Source: a virus
Lineage: Duplodnaviria; Caudoviricetes
Virus record (IMG/VR): IMGVR_UViG_3300005259_000074
Coordinates: 64,001-128,000 of that record
Reading direction: 5' to 3' (one strand)
DNA: 64,000 bases
A model generated the notes under the pieces. The model ran no database searches and was not told the origin of the DNA. It saw only the letters and a program-made list of their open reading frames with translations. Below are positions 54,344-63,287 of this stretch, piece by piece. The position numbers and the translations under genes are program-made. Numbering within the stretch: the stretch's first letter is position 1; every line of letters starts with the position of its first letter.

Positions 54344-54363
54344 GGACGGGAACGTTCCCGTCC
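54344..54363. repeat. Perfect 20-bp palindrome
   Basis: GGACGGGAACGTTCCCGTCC in the intergenic gap. Confidence 0.8.
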
Positions 54364-54381
54364 GCAAATTCGAGGAGAAAC

Positions 54382-54858
54382 ATGAGTAAATTCGAAGAAC
54401 TCTGCGAGAGCATCCTGTCGGAAGCGAAAGCTGCTGACAAGGAAGTCAAAGGTAGGAACTCCAAGGGCCAACTGCGGGGTCCCGAAGGTACTCACTCTCT
54501 CGGCGGCGGCTTCTACGGTAAGAACAAGGGCGAAGCTGAGTACAGGAAGGTCGACGGAAAGTTCGAGAAGATAGACTCCACCACTCACCACATAGACCTA
54601 GACATCGCCGACGAGCGCGGCTTACTCCGAAATAAGAATAAACTGCCTTTCAAGCATATTGTCAAGGTCAAGCAGCACGGGCCAGGCGGCGGGAACCCGG
54701 TCTACAGGTTCGCAGCAGACAGACACACGCTGCACCGCTACATACACAAGCACTACGCGAACGACGCAGAAGAAGCCAGAGAGCTGATGAACAGCGCGAA
54801 GAAGTCTTCCGACGACGAGCTGAAAGAGCTCAAGAAGATGGAGAAAGCCGAGCATTGA
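54382..54858 (+). CDS. Putative internal head protein (MSKFEEL leader plus GPEGTH module)
   Basis: GAGGAG SD; ILSE/A candidate cleavage site. Confidence 0.85.
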   Translation: MSKFEELCESILSEAKAADKEVKGRNSKGQLRGPEGTHSLGGGFYGKNKGEAEYRKVDGKFEKIDSTTHHIDLDIADERGLLRNKNKLPFKHIVKVKQHGPGGGNPVYRFAADRHTLHRYIHKHYANDAEEARELMNSAKKSSDDELKELKKMEKAEH

Positions 54859-55130
54859 CGGTCGAGAACCTTCTAACGTTGAAGAAAAGACCCATGTGGC
54901 AGCTGTACTTATCTAACTGTCTAGTATTAAACGGTTGGACTGCTACTGTGTTTAACAACGGTGATGTCAGGCTGAGAAAGAAGTTCGGCGTCGGTAAAGG
55001 GGAACACGAGTTGACTATAAGTCTTAAGACTACTGTGATATCTAGAGAGATGTTCGTAGATGCTCTGAAGAGGTTCTGCGACCGCTCAGACCCCGAGAAT
55101 GTAGTTGACAAGTTCTCTGGAGTCGTTTAA
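54855..55130 (+). CDS. Hypothetical protein
   Basis: TTGA overlap. Confidence 0.65.
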   Translation: MTVENLLTLKKRPMWQLYLSNCLVLNGWTATVFNNGDVRLRKKFGVGKGEHELTISLKTTVISREMFVDALKRFCDRSDPENVVDKFSGVV

Positions 55131-55148
55131 CAACTCGGAGGACTCTAC

Positions 55149-56204
55149 ATGGCGTCATCGAATCTCCTGCAGAACTTCTACTCGAAGTTCGGAGCGTCTG
55201 GAGCGAAGGGGAAGAACACCGATCCCCACTTCAACTTCTCTCGTAACTATCTCTGCGCAATGTCGTTCTCGTTCCCAAAGGGAATCCCCTTCCCGACCGA
55301 GTACACACTGCAAGACATAACACTGATGTCTCAAGCTGTCAACACCCCGGACATCGAGCTGTCGGGCGTAGAGCGCGAGTCGACAGTCGAGATCAAGAAC
55401 TTGGGCGGTTCGTGGACAGGCGTCGGCGAAGTCAACGTACAACCGGTAGACAACACGTTCAACATATCTCTCATCGACACCGTCAGACCGGTGCACGAGA
55501 TGTTCTTCCTCCCGTGGTTGAAGTACGTCGTAGAGGCCAACCGCCGTCCACCTGATTCAGAAGTGGGCAGTGGAGGTACAGACCAAGAGTACCCGTTCGC
55601 TCGCGCGGTCCTCCACCTCATGTTCTTCAACAACATCAGTAGTCCGAGTCTAGCTCTAGACAGCGACGTAGCTCTCGAGTACATCATAGACGGAGTGTTC
55701 CCCGTAGAGATAGAGAACCGTAAGATGGCGTACGGCGAACAGCAGAAACTGGTCAGGGACGTGAAATTCGCGTTCAACCGCATAGATTGTGTGACTCTTC
55801 CCAACGTCAACAAAGTTACAGAGGGGCTGTCGTACGCAACTCCCGCCGTCATCGAGGCGCCGATAGCACTAACTCCTCCAGCTAAAATCGTAGTTGAAGC
55901 TCCTAAGAAAGAGCAGACTCAGCCCACTACTCCCCCAGTGAACATAGTAGCTCCGCCAGATCAGACACTCAGACATTTCATCACTGTAGAACCGCAGACC
56001 GTGGTAGGGATAGATTTGTTGGGTGGTATAGCTGCTGCTGGCGCAGCTGGAATGGCCGGAGCTGGAGCCAGAGGAATTGCTTCTGCGGGTCTCAGAGGAG
56101 CTGTCAACGCCCAAGAAGTAGTAGTCGTCACCGACACCGTCGGTGGACGTGGGAGTCCAGCTGCCTCGGTAGATGCCTTCGGAAACATCATCAGATTCCG
56201 CTAA
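55149..56204 (+). CDS. Tail-tube-fold protein (gp19/gp54-like) with low-complexity extension
   Basis: QAVNTPD, FNISLIDT, W..Y, Y.I.GVFP.EI, V.FAFN; Pro/Ala/Gly-rich tail. Confidence 0.72.
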   Translation: MASSNLLQNFYSKFGASGAKGKNTDPHFNFSRNYLCAMSFSFPKGIPFPTEYTLQDITLMSQAVNTPDIELSGVERESTVEIKNLGGSWTGVGEVNVQPVDNTFNISLIDTVRPVHEMFFLPWLKYVVEANRRPPDSEVGSGGTDQEYPFARAVLHLMFFNNISSPSLALDSDVALEYIIDGVFPVEIENRKMAYGEQQKLVRDVKFAFNRIDCVTLPNVNKVTEGLSYATPAVIEAPIALTPPAKIVVEAPKKEQTQPTTPPVNIVAPPDQTLRHFITVEPQTVVGIDLLGGIAAAGAAGMAGAGARGIASAGLRGAVNAQEVVVVTDTVGGRGSPAASVDAFGNIIRFR

Positions 56205-56246
56205 TTCCCCACCTAATAAATAGATCTAAACACGGAGGCCTCACGC

Positions 56247-57074
56247 ATGAAGTCAGATGTTCTAGTCAAATTGTTGAAAGAGTCTAATGGTTCCCACGTG
56301 TACGATGTGTGGGTTCCATCTATGAAACGCACAGTCAAATTCTTACCGCTAACCGTTGGACAGCAAAAGACCATCAGCAAACTCGCGATGGACGTGTCTT
56401 CAACTAAGATAGAAGACGAAATGACATATCGTCTGCAGAAGAAGGACGTCATAGTATCGCTTGCTACCGAAATGTTAGACGAAGCGGCACTCACAGAAAT
56501 AGACGCGATCGCGATATCCGCAGCAATCAGACGCTCTAATGTGATGGCTCCGCTGAAGATGACGATGAAGTGCGACTGCGGGGAAGAGATGGGTTTCGTC
56601 GTCGATTTTGATTCGATCATCACGAAGTGCAAAGAATTCAATTTCAAAGACGTTGAAGTAGAGAAAGTCATACAAGACAAGAAGTGGAAGATAATCCTCG
56701 GAGACGCGACGTTCGATGACTCTATCAGCTATAAGAACTTACAAGCGATGTACAGAGAAGAAGGAGCTGAACGTTTAGTGATAGACGTCGAAAAGTTCCA
56801 ATTCATGGATTGGCCGGCGCAGTTCATCAAGAGGGTGTTCGTGGACGACGAAGAAGTGGAAGACATCCCAACGATGAGCTTGTTCGACAAGATAGGCTTC
56901 TTCATCAGCGCTCCACAAGAAGTGTGGTTCGGCGAGGGGAACGTACTAGACGCCTGCATGGCCAACTTCAACCAGAAGTACTACGGAGACTTGCTGTTCC
57001 AAGACGTTGTCTGCCCTAAGTGTAAGAAGACGCACAAGGGGGTCGTCTCCTATGACAGTTTTTTTACGCTATGA
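56247..57074 (+). CDS. Baseplate hub / tail chaperone (T4 gp26-like)
   Basis: VKFLPLTVGQQK, CDC and CPKC zinc ligands, ends DSFF; TAAATA at 56217-56222. Confidence 0.82.
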   Translation: MKSDVLVKLLKESNGSHVYDVWVPSMKRTVKFLPLTVGQQKTISKLAMDVSSTKIEDEMTYRLQKKDVIVSLATEMLDEAALTEIDAIAISAAIRRSNVMAPLKMTMKCDCGEEMGFVVDFDSIITKCKEFNFKDVEVEKVIQDKKWKIILGDATFDDSISYKNLQAMYREEGAERLVIDVEKFQFMDWPAQFIKRVFVDDEEVEDIPTMSLFDKIGFFISAPQEVWFGEGNVLDACMANFNQKYYGDLLFQDVVCPKCKKTHKGVVSYDSFFTL

Positions 57075-57241
57075 GAGACGGAGATGCATCGATGCTGATG
57101 TCTCTGTACCAGAGGGACATGTTCTTGAAAAAACACGGTTTCTCGGTGCAAGAGATGAATGCTCTTCCGATGGCGGAGATCACGACATACGAAGCTATGA
57201 TAGTGTCAGAGCTCGTAGAGCAGTCTAAGCAAAAGAATTGA
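57071..57241 (+). CDS. gp51-like small chaperone ORF
   Basis: LY...F...GFS..EM..LP..E...Y pattern; lies between gp26-like gene and tape measure. Confidence 0.7.
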   Translation: MRDGDASMLMSLYQRDMFLKKHGFSVQEMNALPMAEITTYEAMIVSELVEQSKQKN

Positions 57242-57253
57242 GAGGAATGGCTG

Positions 57254-60016
57254 ATGGCGGGGATGACAAACGTGGGTGAAACTGGCACTGGTGGAGACTT
57301 CAAGACGATAGAGAAGTCTCTGAACGAGTTGTCAAAGTCTCTCAAAGAGACTGGTAAGACCATCCGCGAGGATTCTCGAAAGAGAGCTGAAGCAACTCTT
57401 CCTCGGCGAGAACACAGAGATGACACCTCAATCAGAGATGACATCGACAAGTCAATAAGGTTCTTCTCGGAGAAGATAGACAAACTTGCGACCACCTCGG
57501 AAGCATTGGCGAACTCTATCGAAGAGATAGAGAGGTCAAAAGATCTTCCAACGCGTCTGCTAGCTAACATAAAGTCGGGTACTCCTGAGTATGCTCCGTT
57601 CAAAAATAGAGAAGCGGAACTGAGCAAGAGGATAAAAGACGCCGACAGGCAGTTAGAGTCTCTCCGAAGAGAGCGCGTAGCTAACGAGAAGTTCCAAGAA
57701 GAACTCACGAAACTGATAGAACTCCAACAAGGACAGATGGAAGCGCCGGGAGGTAAGACTTCCAACGCAATGTACAACAAGTTCTCCGCACTGGGAGAGA
57801 CTGTTCCAGGCAACGTCAAAGCGCAAATGTTCCTTCAAGCGAAGGGTCTCAGAGCTGCGATGAAAGACATTGGCACCCCAAGAGATGCCATTTCTAATCA
57901 GATGAAGCAGATCCAGGACAAGATCGACCGTAACATGGACTTAGCGTTCCGCGGGGCATCTACCGGAAAAGACGAGAAAGGTCGTTTCCGCAGATTGACG
58001 ACGCTTGCGATGAACGATGCAAGACAGCTATTAGACCTCCAGAAGCTCAAGACTAAGCAAGATTCCGACTTCAAGATGCTCAAAGACCGAGTCGAAAAAG
58101 AGAAGGGGCAATTCGCCAACATACTCGATACGCTGTACGGTCCAGCAGTCAATCCAAAGCTCAGAGTGCGCGAAGACTTGTTGAAGAAGCTCAATGAGAA
58201 CATGGAAGACTTGACAGACAATATCGACGACCTCAAGACTAACCTCAAAGAGGCTGAATTATCTGAAAAGATAGCAGGGCTCCGTCGAAAGACAGAGAGG
58301 AGTTGGGTGTTGAACCCCGCTGAGATGCTGTCGAAGACGATCGGCAAGTATAAGGACAAAGCCATAGCTGCTACTCTCGGTGGACTGGGTAAAGTGACTG
58401 GACTTAGCGCGTTGACTGCTAAGAGCCAATTGATAACAGCTGAACAAGAGGAAGAGGAGTTCGCTGAGAGTCGTCAAGAGAGACAGGCTAGTAAACACAT
58501 TCGCTCTAGAAAACGCGAGCTCGAGCGCGAGCAATCGCGCATGGAAGCGACTGCTGATGAACTCGACGAGACTGTCACCAACATTGAAGAGATAAACGAC
58601 GAACTGAGAGAAGTCAAGAAGCACTTTGAAGACGTGTACAGCATCGCTGGCATCAAAAAGGACCTAGCAGACATCCTTCCAGAAGCTGCAACTCCTGTTA
58701 TGACCGAGAAGTACAGGAATAAGATAAAGACATTCAGAGGTAAGATCAATGCTGCTGGGACTGCCACGTCTGGCATCTCAGCTAACGATGCGCGGACTCG
58801 TGAAGAGAAGGCTGACAGAGTTCAAGAAGGCATAGAAGATGGAATTAATACTTTAGTAGACCTCGCGAAGAAAGAGCACAAGACCGAGAAAGCTAAGGAG
58901 AAGGGCGAGACTAAAGCATCATCTGGAATGGGGCTGACTGCGCTAGCTCTGGGGCTAGTCCAAGGCGTAGCTGGCTACGAAGCCGCTAAAGTCGCCAAAC
59001 TGTGGTCATTCGCGAGCAAGATACCGGGGATGGCGAAGCTCGCCGCGCCAATGAAAACGATGATGTCGAGCAAACTAGCGCCCATCATCACAGGAGGGCG
59101 TGAAATTACTGCAGCTGCTAAGACTGGTCTTGGAGGGATAGCGAAGCTTGGAGGCATGGGTGTCAAGGCTGCGTTAGGTGCCGAGACTGGAGCGAAAGCT
59201 CTCGGGTGGGGCGCTAAAGGACTCTCAATGATCAAGGGAGCTGCTACTTCCAAAATATCATCAGTCCTTGGAACTGCTGGCAAAGTGGCAGGGGGCGTCG
59301 CGAAAGTGATGCCAATCATCGACGTGTTAGGACTCGCTTATGGTGGCTACAAAGGCGCAACGATGGACGATAAGTCTAAGCAAGCTGAGATAGAGAGGTT
59401 GCGCCAAGCTAACAGCACATTCTCTGGGGGTCTGTGGGAAGCTACGAAGACGTTCTTCAACCCAGTACAGCAAGGGAAGAACATTGCTCTAGCTGCCAGA
59501 GAAGGTGGTGGATTAGTCAGCGATCTCTATAAGAACCACATGGATGGAATAGCCGTCATGAAGAAGACGACTGCTCTCAAAGAGAGACAAATAAAGCACC
59601 TCCAGGACATGGGAGCTTCGGACTCCGACATTTCAGCTCTTCGAGGAGCGGCACTTGAGAACGACGACCTATTCCAGAAGAAGTACCGCGAGATACTGAT
59701 GAAGAACAAAGACGCTGAGAAAGAAACTGCTAAAGCGTCCGCGGTGCCTCCAGCTAGCGCGGCAGAAGCACTGAGGAAAGCAACTGATATCGACTCGAAA
59801 GAAGTAGAAAAAGCTACCGATGCTGTCAAGACTTCTCCACAAGCTGCGAGAGATAAAGCGATTGCTGATGCCATGAACAGGGGATTTGAGATGGTCGCTG
59901 ACACTATTGTGAAAAATAAGCCAGTCGTAACTACTATTGTTCCCAAAGGGAGCCCTCCTAGAGACAGCCGATACCCAGTGTTGAGTTCTGCTCTGCCGTC
60001 GGGTGCGGGAAACTGA
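57254..60016 (+). CDS. Tape measure protein
   Basis: 920 aa coiled-coil with Ala/Gly/Lys-rich segment; position after the chaperones. Confidence 0.82.
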   Translation: MAGMTNVGETGTGGDFKTIEKSLNELSKSLKETGKTIREDSRKRAEATLPRREHRDDTSIRDDIDKSIRFFSEKIDKLATTSEALANSIEEIERSKDLPTRLLANIKSGTPEYAPFKNREAELSKRIKDADRQLESLRRERVANEKFQEELTKLIELQQGQMEAPGGKTSNAMYNKFSALGETVPGNVKAQMFLQAKGLRAAMKDIGTPRDAISNQMKQIQDKIDRNMDLAFRGASTGKDEKGRFRRLTTLAMNDARQLLDLQKLKTKQDSDFKMLKDRVEKEKGQFANILDTLYGPAVNPKLRVREDLLKKLNENMEDLTDNIDDLKTNLKEAELSEKIAGLRRKTERSWVLNPAEMLSKTIGKYKDKAIAATLGGLGKVTGLSALTAKSQLITAEQEEEEFAESRQERQASKHIRSRKRELEREQSRMEATADELDETVTNIEEINDELREVKKHFEDVYSIAGIKKDLADILPEAATPVMTEKYRNKIKTFRGKINAAGTATSGISANDARTREEKADRVQEGIEDGINTLVDLAKKEHKTEKAKEKGETKASSGMGLTALALGLVQGVAGYEAAKVAKLWSFASKIPGMAKLAAPMKTMMSSKLAPIITGGREITAAAKTGLGGIAKLGGMGVKAALGAETGAKALGWGAKGLSMIKGAATSKISSVLGTAGKVAGGVAKVMPIIDVLGLAYGGYKGATMDDKSKQAEIERLRQANSTFSGGLWEATKTFFNPVQQGKNIALAAREGGGLVSDLYKNHMDGIAVMKKTTALKERQIKHLQDMGASDSDISALRGAALENDDLFQKKYREILMKNKDAEKETAKASAVPPASAAEALRKATDIDSKEVEKATDAVKTSPQAARDKAIADAMNRGFEMVADTIVKNKPVVTTIVPKGSPPRDSRYPVLSSALPSGAGN

Positions 60017-60053
60017 AGTAAATAGTTCTAGAACAACTCCGCGGAGATCTTTA

Positions 60054-61253
60054 ATGGCCAGCAACACTAACCAGCAGTCAACTAGCATCTCTGGACCGGG
60101 AGACGTCAGGTACGAGCTGACATTCAGGAGCGGCAAAGGAGCTGCGACCCCATCGACTAACGTGCAGAACGGCACGACTGCTGCCAACACTAACACAGCT
60201 TACAGTATCAATGACTACACATGGGCTCAGGGATTTGGAGATGGAAGAGCTTTCGGCTCTACGTCAGATCTAGGTCTCGCTGTTCCGAAGTTGATATGCA
60301 CCGAGTTCCAACCGACTAGGACATTCGGATGGAACACCCTCTTGGGTGAGACGCTGAACTCACTGACGGGATTCCTCGGTGGTTTAGGTGGAGGTTGGGG
60401 TGAAAAAGCGGCTGGAGTACTGACCGATAAGATAGTGTTCAACCCTCAGACATTTTTGAACTCCTATGCGCAAGGTGGTGGGAAGTCTGCGCTGGGCACT
60501 GAGAGCATGACGTTCATCAAGCAACTATTCACTGGCATATACCTAAAATCGTACGAACTTCCCTATTTTGGGAAGACGTTCATCAATGCCGACACATCAG
60601 ATTCGTGGTCGGTCGGTGGTTCTGACGTCGCGATAGGCACCACTGCGAGCAAATTCTTAGAGGAAAGGTACTCGATAAACTTCCCGATGGTGCCCGTGTG
60701 GAACCACGGTAAAGACAACTATCTTAACTTCGATTTCGACTTCTATCTCATCAATACAAGCGTAGACTCGCTAGTCAGTAACTTCAAGTTCTTGACGGCC
60801 TTCGCCTCTGGCAACTTTTGGGTGCAGTTGGGCATGGTGCAGCAGTCCCCTAACGTATGGGACATACAAGTGCCGGGTCGGTTCCACATATACTTCGCAG
60901 CGATGGGAGTGAAAGTCGAGTACGCTGGTAAGACGCGCTTGAGCTCGGCTGCTACTAACAAGCTGAACGGCTCCGGGTCATACAGCCTCCCATCTGACAT
61001 GTTGTTCCCAGATGCTTACCACGTGGAGATAACTGTGAAATCTTTCACGCCGAACAACTTCAACTGCTTCTTGGAGTACTTCAAGAACGGAGACAAGGTG
61101 ACGGTGGGCGACTCTACGACTACTATCGGCAACGTCAAGTCCGGACAGCAGGTCACATCGCTAGACCCGAACAAAGCTGCGGTGAATACCCTCATCAACA
61201 CGACGGGGTCAACTGATCTCGTCAACCAAGCTAGAAAAATGATGAACAAGTGA
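60054..61253 (+). CDS. Baseplate tail-tube cap-like protein (gp48-like)
   Basis: YELPY, FDFYL.N, P..W.I..PG, PDAY.V.IT..S..PN; start moved to 60054 after TAAATA at 60019. Confidence 0.7.
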   Translation: MASNTNQQSTSISGPGDVRYELTFRSGKGAATPSTNVQNGTTAANTNTAYSINDYTWAQGFGDGRAFGSTSDLGLAVPKLICTEFQPTRTFGWNTLLGETLNSLTGFLGGLGGGWGEKAAGVLTDKIVFNPQTFLNSYAQGGGKSALGTESMTFIKQLFTGIYLKSYELPYFGKTFINADTSDSWSVGGSDVAIGTTASKFLEERYSINFPMVPVWNHGKDNYLNFDFDFYLINTSVDSLVSNFKFLTAFASGNFWVQLGMVQQSPNVWDIQVPGRFHIYFAAMGVKVEYAGKTRLSSAATNKLNGSGSYSLPSDMLFPDAYHVEITVKSFTPNNFNCFLEYFKNGDKVTVGDSTTTIGNVKSGQQVTSLDPNKAAVNTLINTTGSTDLVNQARKMMNK

Positions 61254-61257
61254 AAAC

Positions 61258-61620
61258 ATGCAAGTATCAGATCTAGTCACACTGAGCCAGTACAACTTCG
61301 CGAACATATTCGACGTCGCGAAGAACTCCGACGGGAACTACGGGTTCGTCATCAACAAGTCGGTGTACATCCCCAATCCAGATATGATGTACACCACGTA
61401 CTACACCAACTACACAGTAGAGGTGAACGACACCTGGCCGCTGATCAGCTACAAGACCTACGGCACTACTGAGCTGTGGTGGTTGGTGTGCAAGACTAAC
61501 CAAGTGATAGATGCTACGGTGTCTCCCAATCCCGGAGACATCATACGCCTCCTGACTAAGGAGATAGCACAGGGCATTCTCAACTCGATGCAGAACGTCG
61601 GGCAAGTGGTGGAGAGCTGA
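61258..61620 (+). CDS. Baseplate wedge LysM-like protein (gp53-like)
   Basis: YTV..NDTWPLISYK.YGT.ELWWLVC..N. Confidence 0.88.
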   Translation: MQVSDLVTLSQYNFANIFDVAKNSDGNYGFVINKSVYIPNPDMMYTTYYTNYTVEVNDTWPLISYKTYGTTELWWLVCKTNQVIDATVSPNPGDIIRLLTKEIAQGILNSMQNVGQVVES

Positions 61621-62888
61621 TGATCAGTCCAAACATACAGCTGAACGACGACAAGTACTTCCGGGAAATAGTCATCGGGCGCATGAAAGATGACACTACT
61701 AACACAGTCTTTGACAAGTTAGTAGTGCCAGACGACTCCGTACACAACATGACGCTGACAACAGACGTAGCAGAACCCTACCCGACGCTGACTATCACCG
61801 TAGCAGACCCGGACGGGGGTAAGAGCGTGCCGAAGTACCAGCCAGACGGTTACAGCGTCATCCAGCTGACTTTCTCCTACTATGACACCTCTTCTAACAA
61901 GCCTTACACGATGCAGCACCGGTTCGTCATAACTAACTGCGAGATAGTCAGCAGGACCAACGAAGAAGCTATATTCCTACTGACGGCTGTCACATTCTAC
62001 TACCCAATACTGAACGCGAGAGTGGCTTACGCCGACCAGAACGACACCTCTTGCACAAGGCACATACAGAGCCTCTTGAAGACGGTCGGTCTCCCTGTCG
62101 CTGCGCCCGCTGGGTTCAACCACTCTTCTAGGAAGATGCCCTTTACGTCTACGGCCAACGACACCGTTATGGCAAACGTCAACTTCTTACTAAAGCACTC
62201 GAACACCGCTGACACAGGGATATACTGGCTCTGCTTCAACATGCTAGACAACCAGTACAGCGTAGTGTCGCTCAAAGACCTGTTCAAGTCTAAACCGCTG
62301 TACTTCAACGCGACTACCGTCGGCACTAAGCACGGCTTTAGCTCTATGGAAGCCCTGTCGGACGCCGAGCGGACTAATAACTACATCGGTGGAGTAGAGA
62401 TGTACGACTTCGCCAGCCAGACTACGGTACACAACTTCGACTACGCTACGCGCACATGGAACCCCAACGTGTATCCGACTAAGAGGATCCGTCAGTTCTT
62501 TCCTCGAAGTCCAGACTTACAAGACAGGATAGTCGACCACCTAGTCGTGAACGTCCCTAGCTCTTACACGCGCAAGGGGGCTAAGTTCGAGATACAGCGC
62601 GCAAACACCACGGAACAGATGCTGGGAGACAGAGTCGACAAAGTGCTGCGCTACGGAGACGTGCTGCAGCTAGATGTCAGGGGTTTCATAGCGAGAGACG
62701 TCGGACAGCTCTTCGTGGTGTCGGCCAGCAGAGACGACGACGCCAACTTCAAGAAGTTCTCGGGTGTCTACGCTATCACCAGGGTGTACAGCACGTGGAC
62801 AAGGGGCATATACAACCAGAACTTGAGCTTGGTCAGAGTGCAAAAACCATCGTACTACTTGCAGAGCGGCAGCATCGGCGCTAACTGA
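61620..62888 (+). CDS. Baseplate hub protein (gp27-like)
   Basis: position; L.VRG...RDVGQ, KFSG.Y.ITRV. Confidence 0.72.
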   Translation: MISPNIQLNDDKYFREIVIGRMKDDTTNTVFDKLVVPDDSVHNMTLTTDVAEPYPTLTITVADPDGGKSVPKYQPDGYSVIQLTFSYYDTSSNKPYTMQHRFVITNCEIVSRTNEEAIFLLTAVTFYYPILNARVAYADQNDTSCTRHIQSLLKTVGLPVAAPAGFNHSSRKMPFTSTANDTVMANVNFLLKHSNTADTGIYWLCFNMLDNQYSVVSLKDLFKSKPLYFNATTVGTKHGFSSMEALSDAERTNNYIGGVEMYDFASQTTVHNFDYATRTWNPNVYPTKRIRQFFPRSPDLQDRIVDHLVVNVPSSYTRKGAKFEIQRANTTEQMLGDRVDKVLRYGDVLQLDVRGFIARDVGQLFVVSASRDDDANFKKFSGVYAITRVYSTWTRGIYNQNLSLVRVQKPSYYLQSGSIGAN

Positions 62889-62891
62889 TCT

Positions 62892-62899
62892 TATAAATA
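62892..62899 (+). promoter_or_regulatory. T4 late promoter, full consensus TATAAATA
   Basis: exact match 30 nt upstream of ATG 62929. Confidence 0.75.
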
Positions 62900-62928
62900 A
62901 CGAGAACCAACTAACGGAGCGAATTGAC

Positions 62929-63219
62929 ATGTCTAAACGCAACGAATTCTTGAAGATCTACGAGAACGTTCGCATGAGCGATGAACAGAAACCCATGACA
63001 GAGAGCGTTGAGAGAGAATTGCAAGCTAAGTGTGTGGCGTCAGCGAAATCTCTGAATGACGCTGAACGCGTGTTGCAGAAAGCTATCGACATCGCTTCGA
63101 AAGAAGTCAAGAAAGACGCGACTCTCGGAGACGTCGTGGGCGACCTCGTAGCAGCTAAGGAAACTCTCGTCAAGCTGGTCAAAGACATCAACGACATCGA
63201 GACTAAGCTCGTAGGGTAA
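62929..63219 (+). CDS. Small helical late protein
   Basis: own late promoter and hairpin; MTE/S candidate cleavage site. Confidence 0.78.
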   Translation: MSKRNEFLKIYENVRMSDEQKPMTESVERELQAKCVASAKSLNDAERVLQKAIDIASKEVKKDATLGDVVGDLVAAKETLVKLVKDINDIETKLVG

Positions 63220-63236
63220 AACTGATTCTTCACAGG

Positions 63237-63257
63237 GCGGGGAGTGATCCCCGCTTT
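63237..63257 (+). terminator. Putative terminator hairpin
   Basis: GCGGGGA-GTGA-TCCCCGC plus short T-tract. Confidence 0.55.
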
Positions 63258-63287
63258 CTCAGTCTGTAGCGAAGATAAATACTATCG

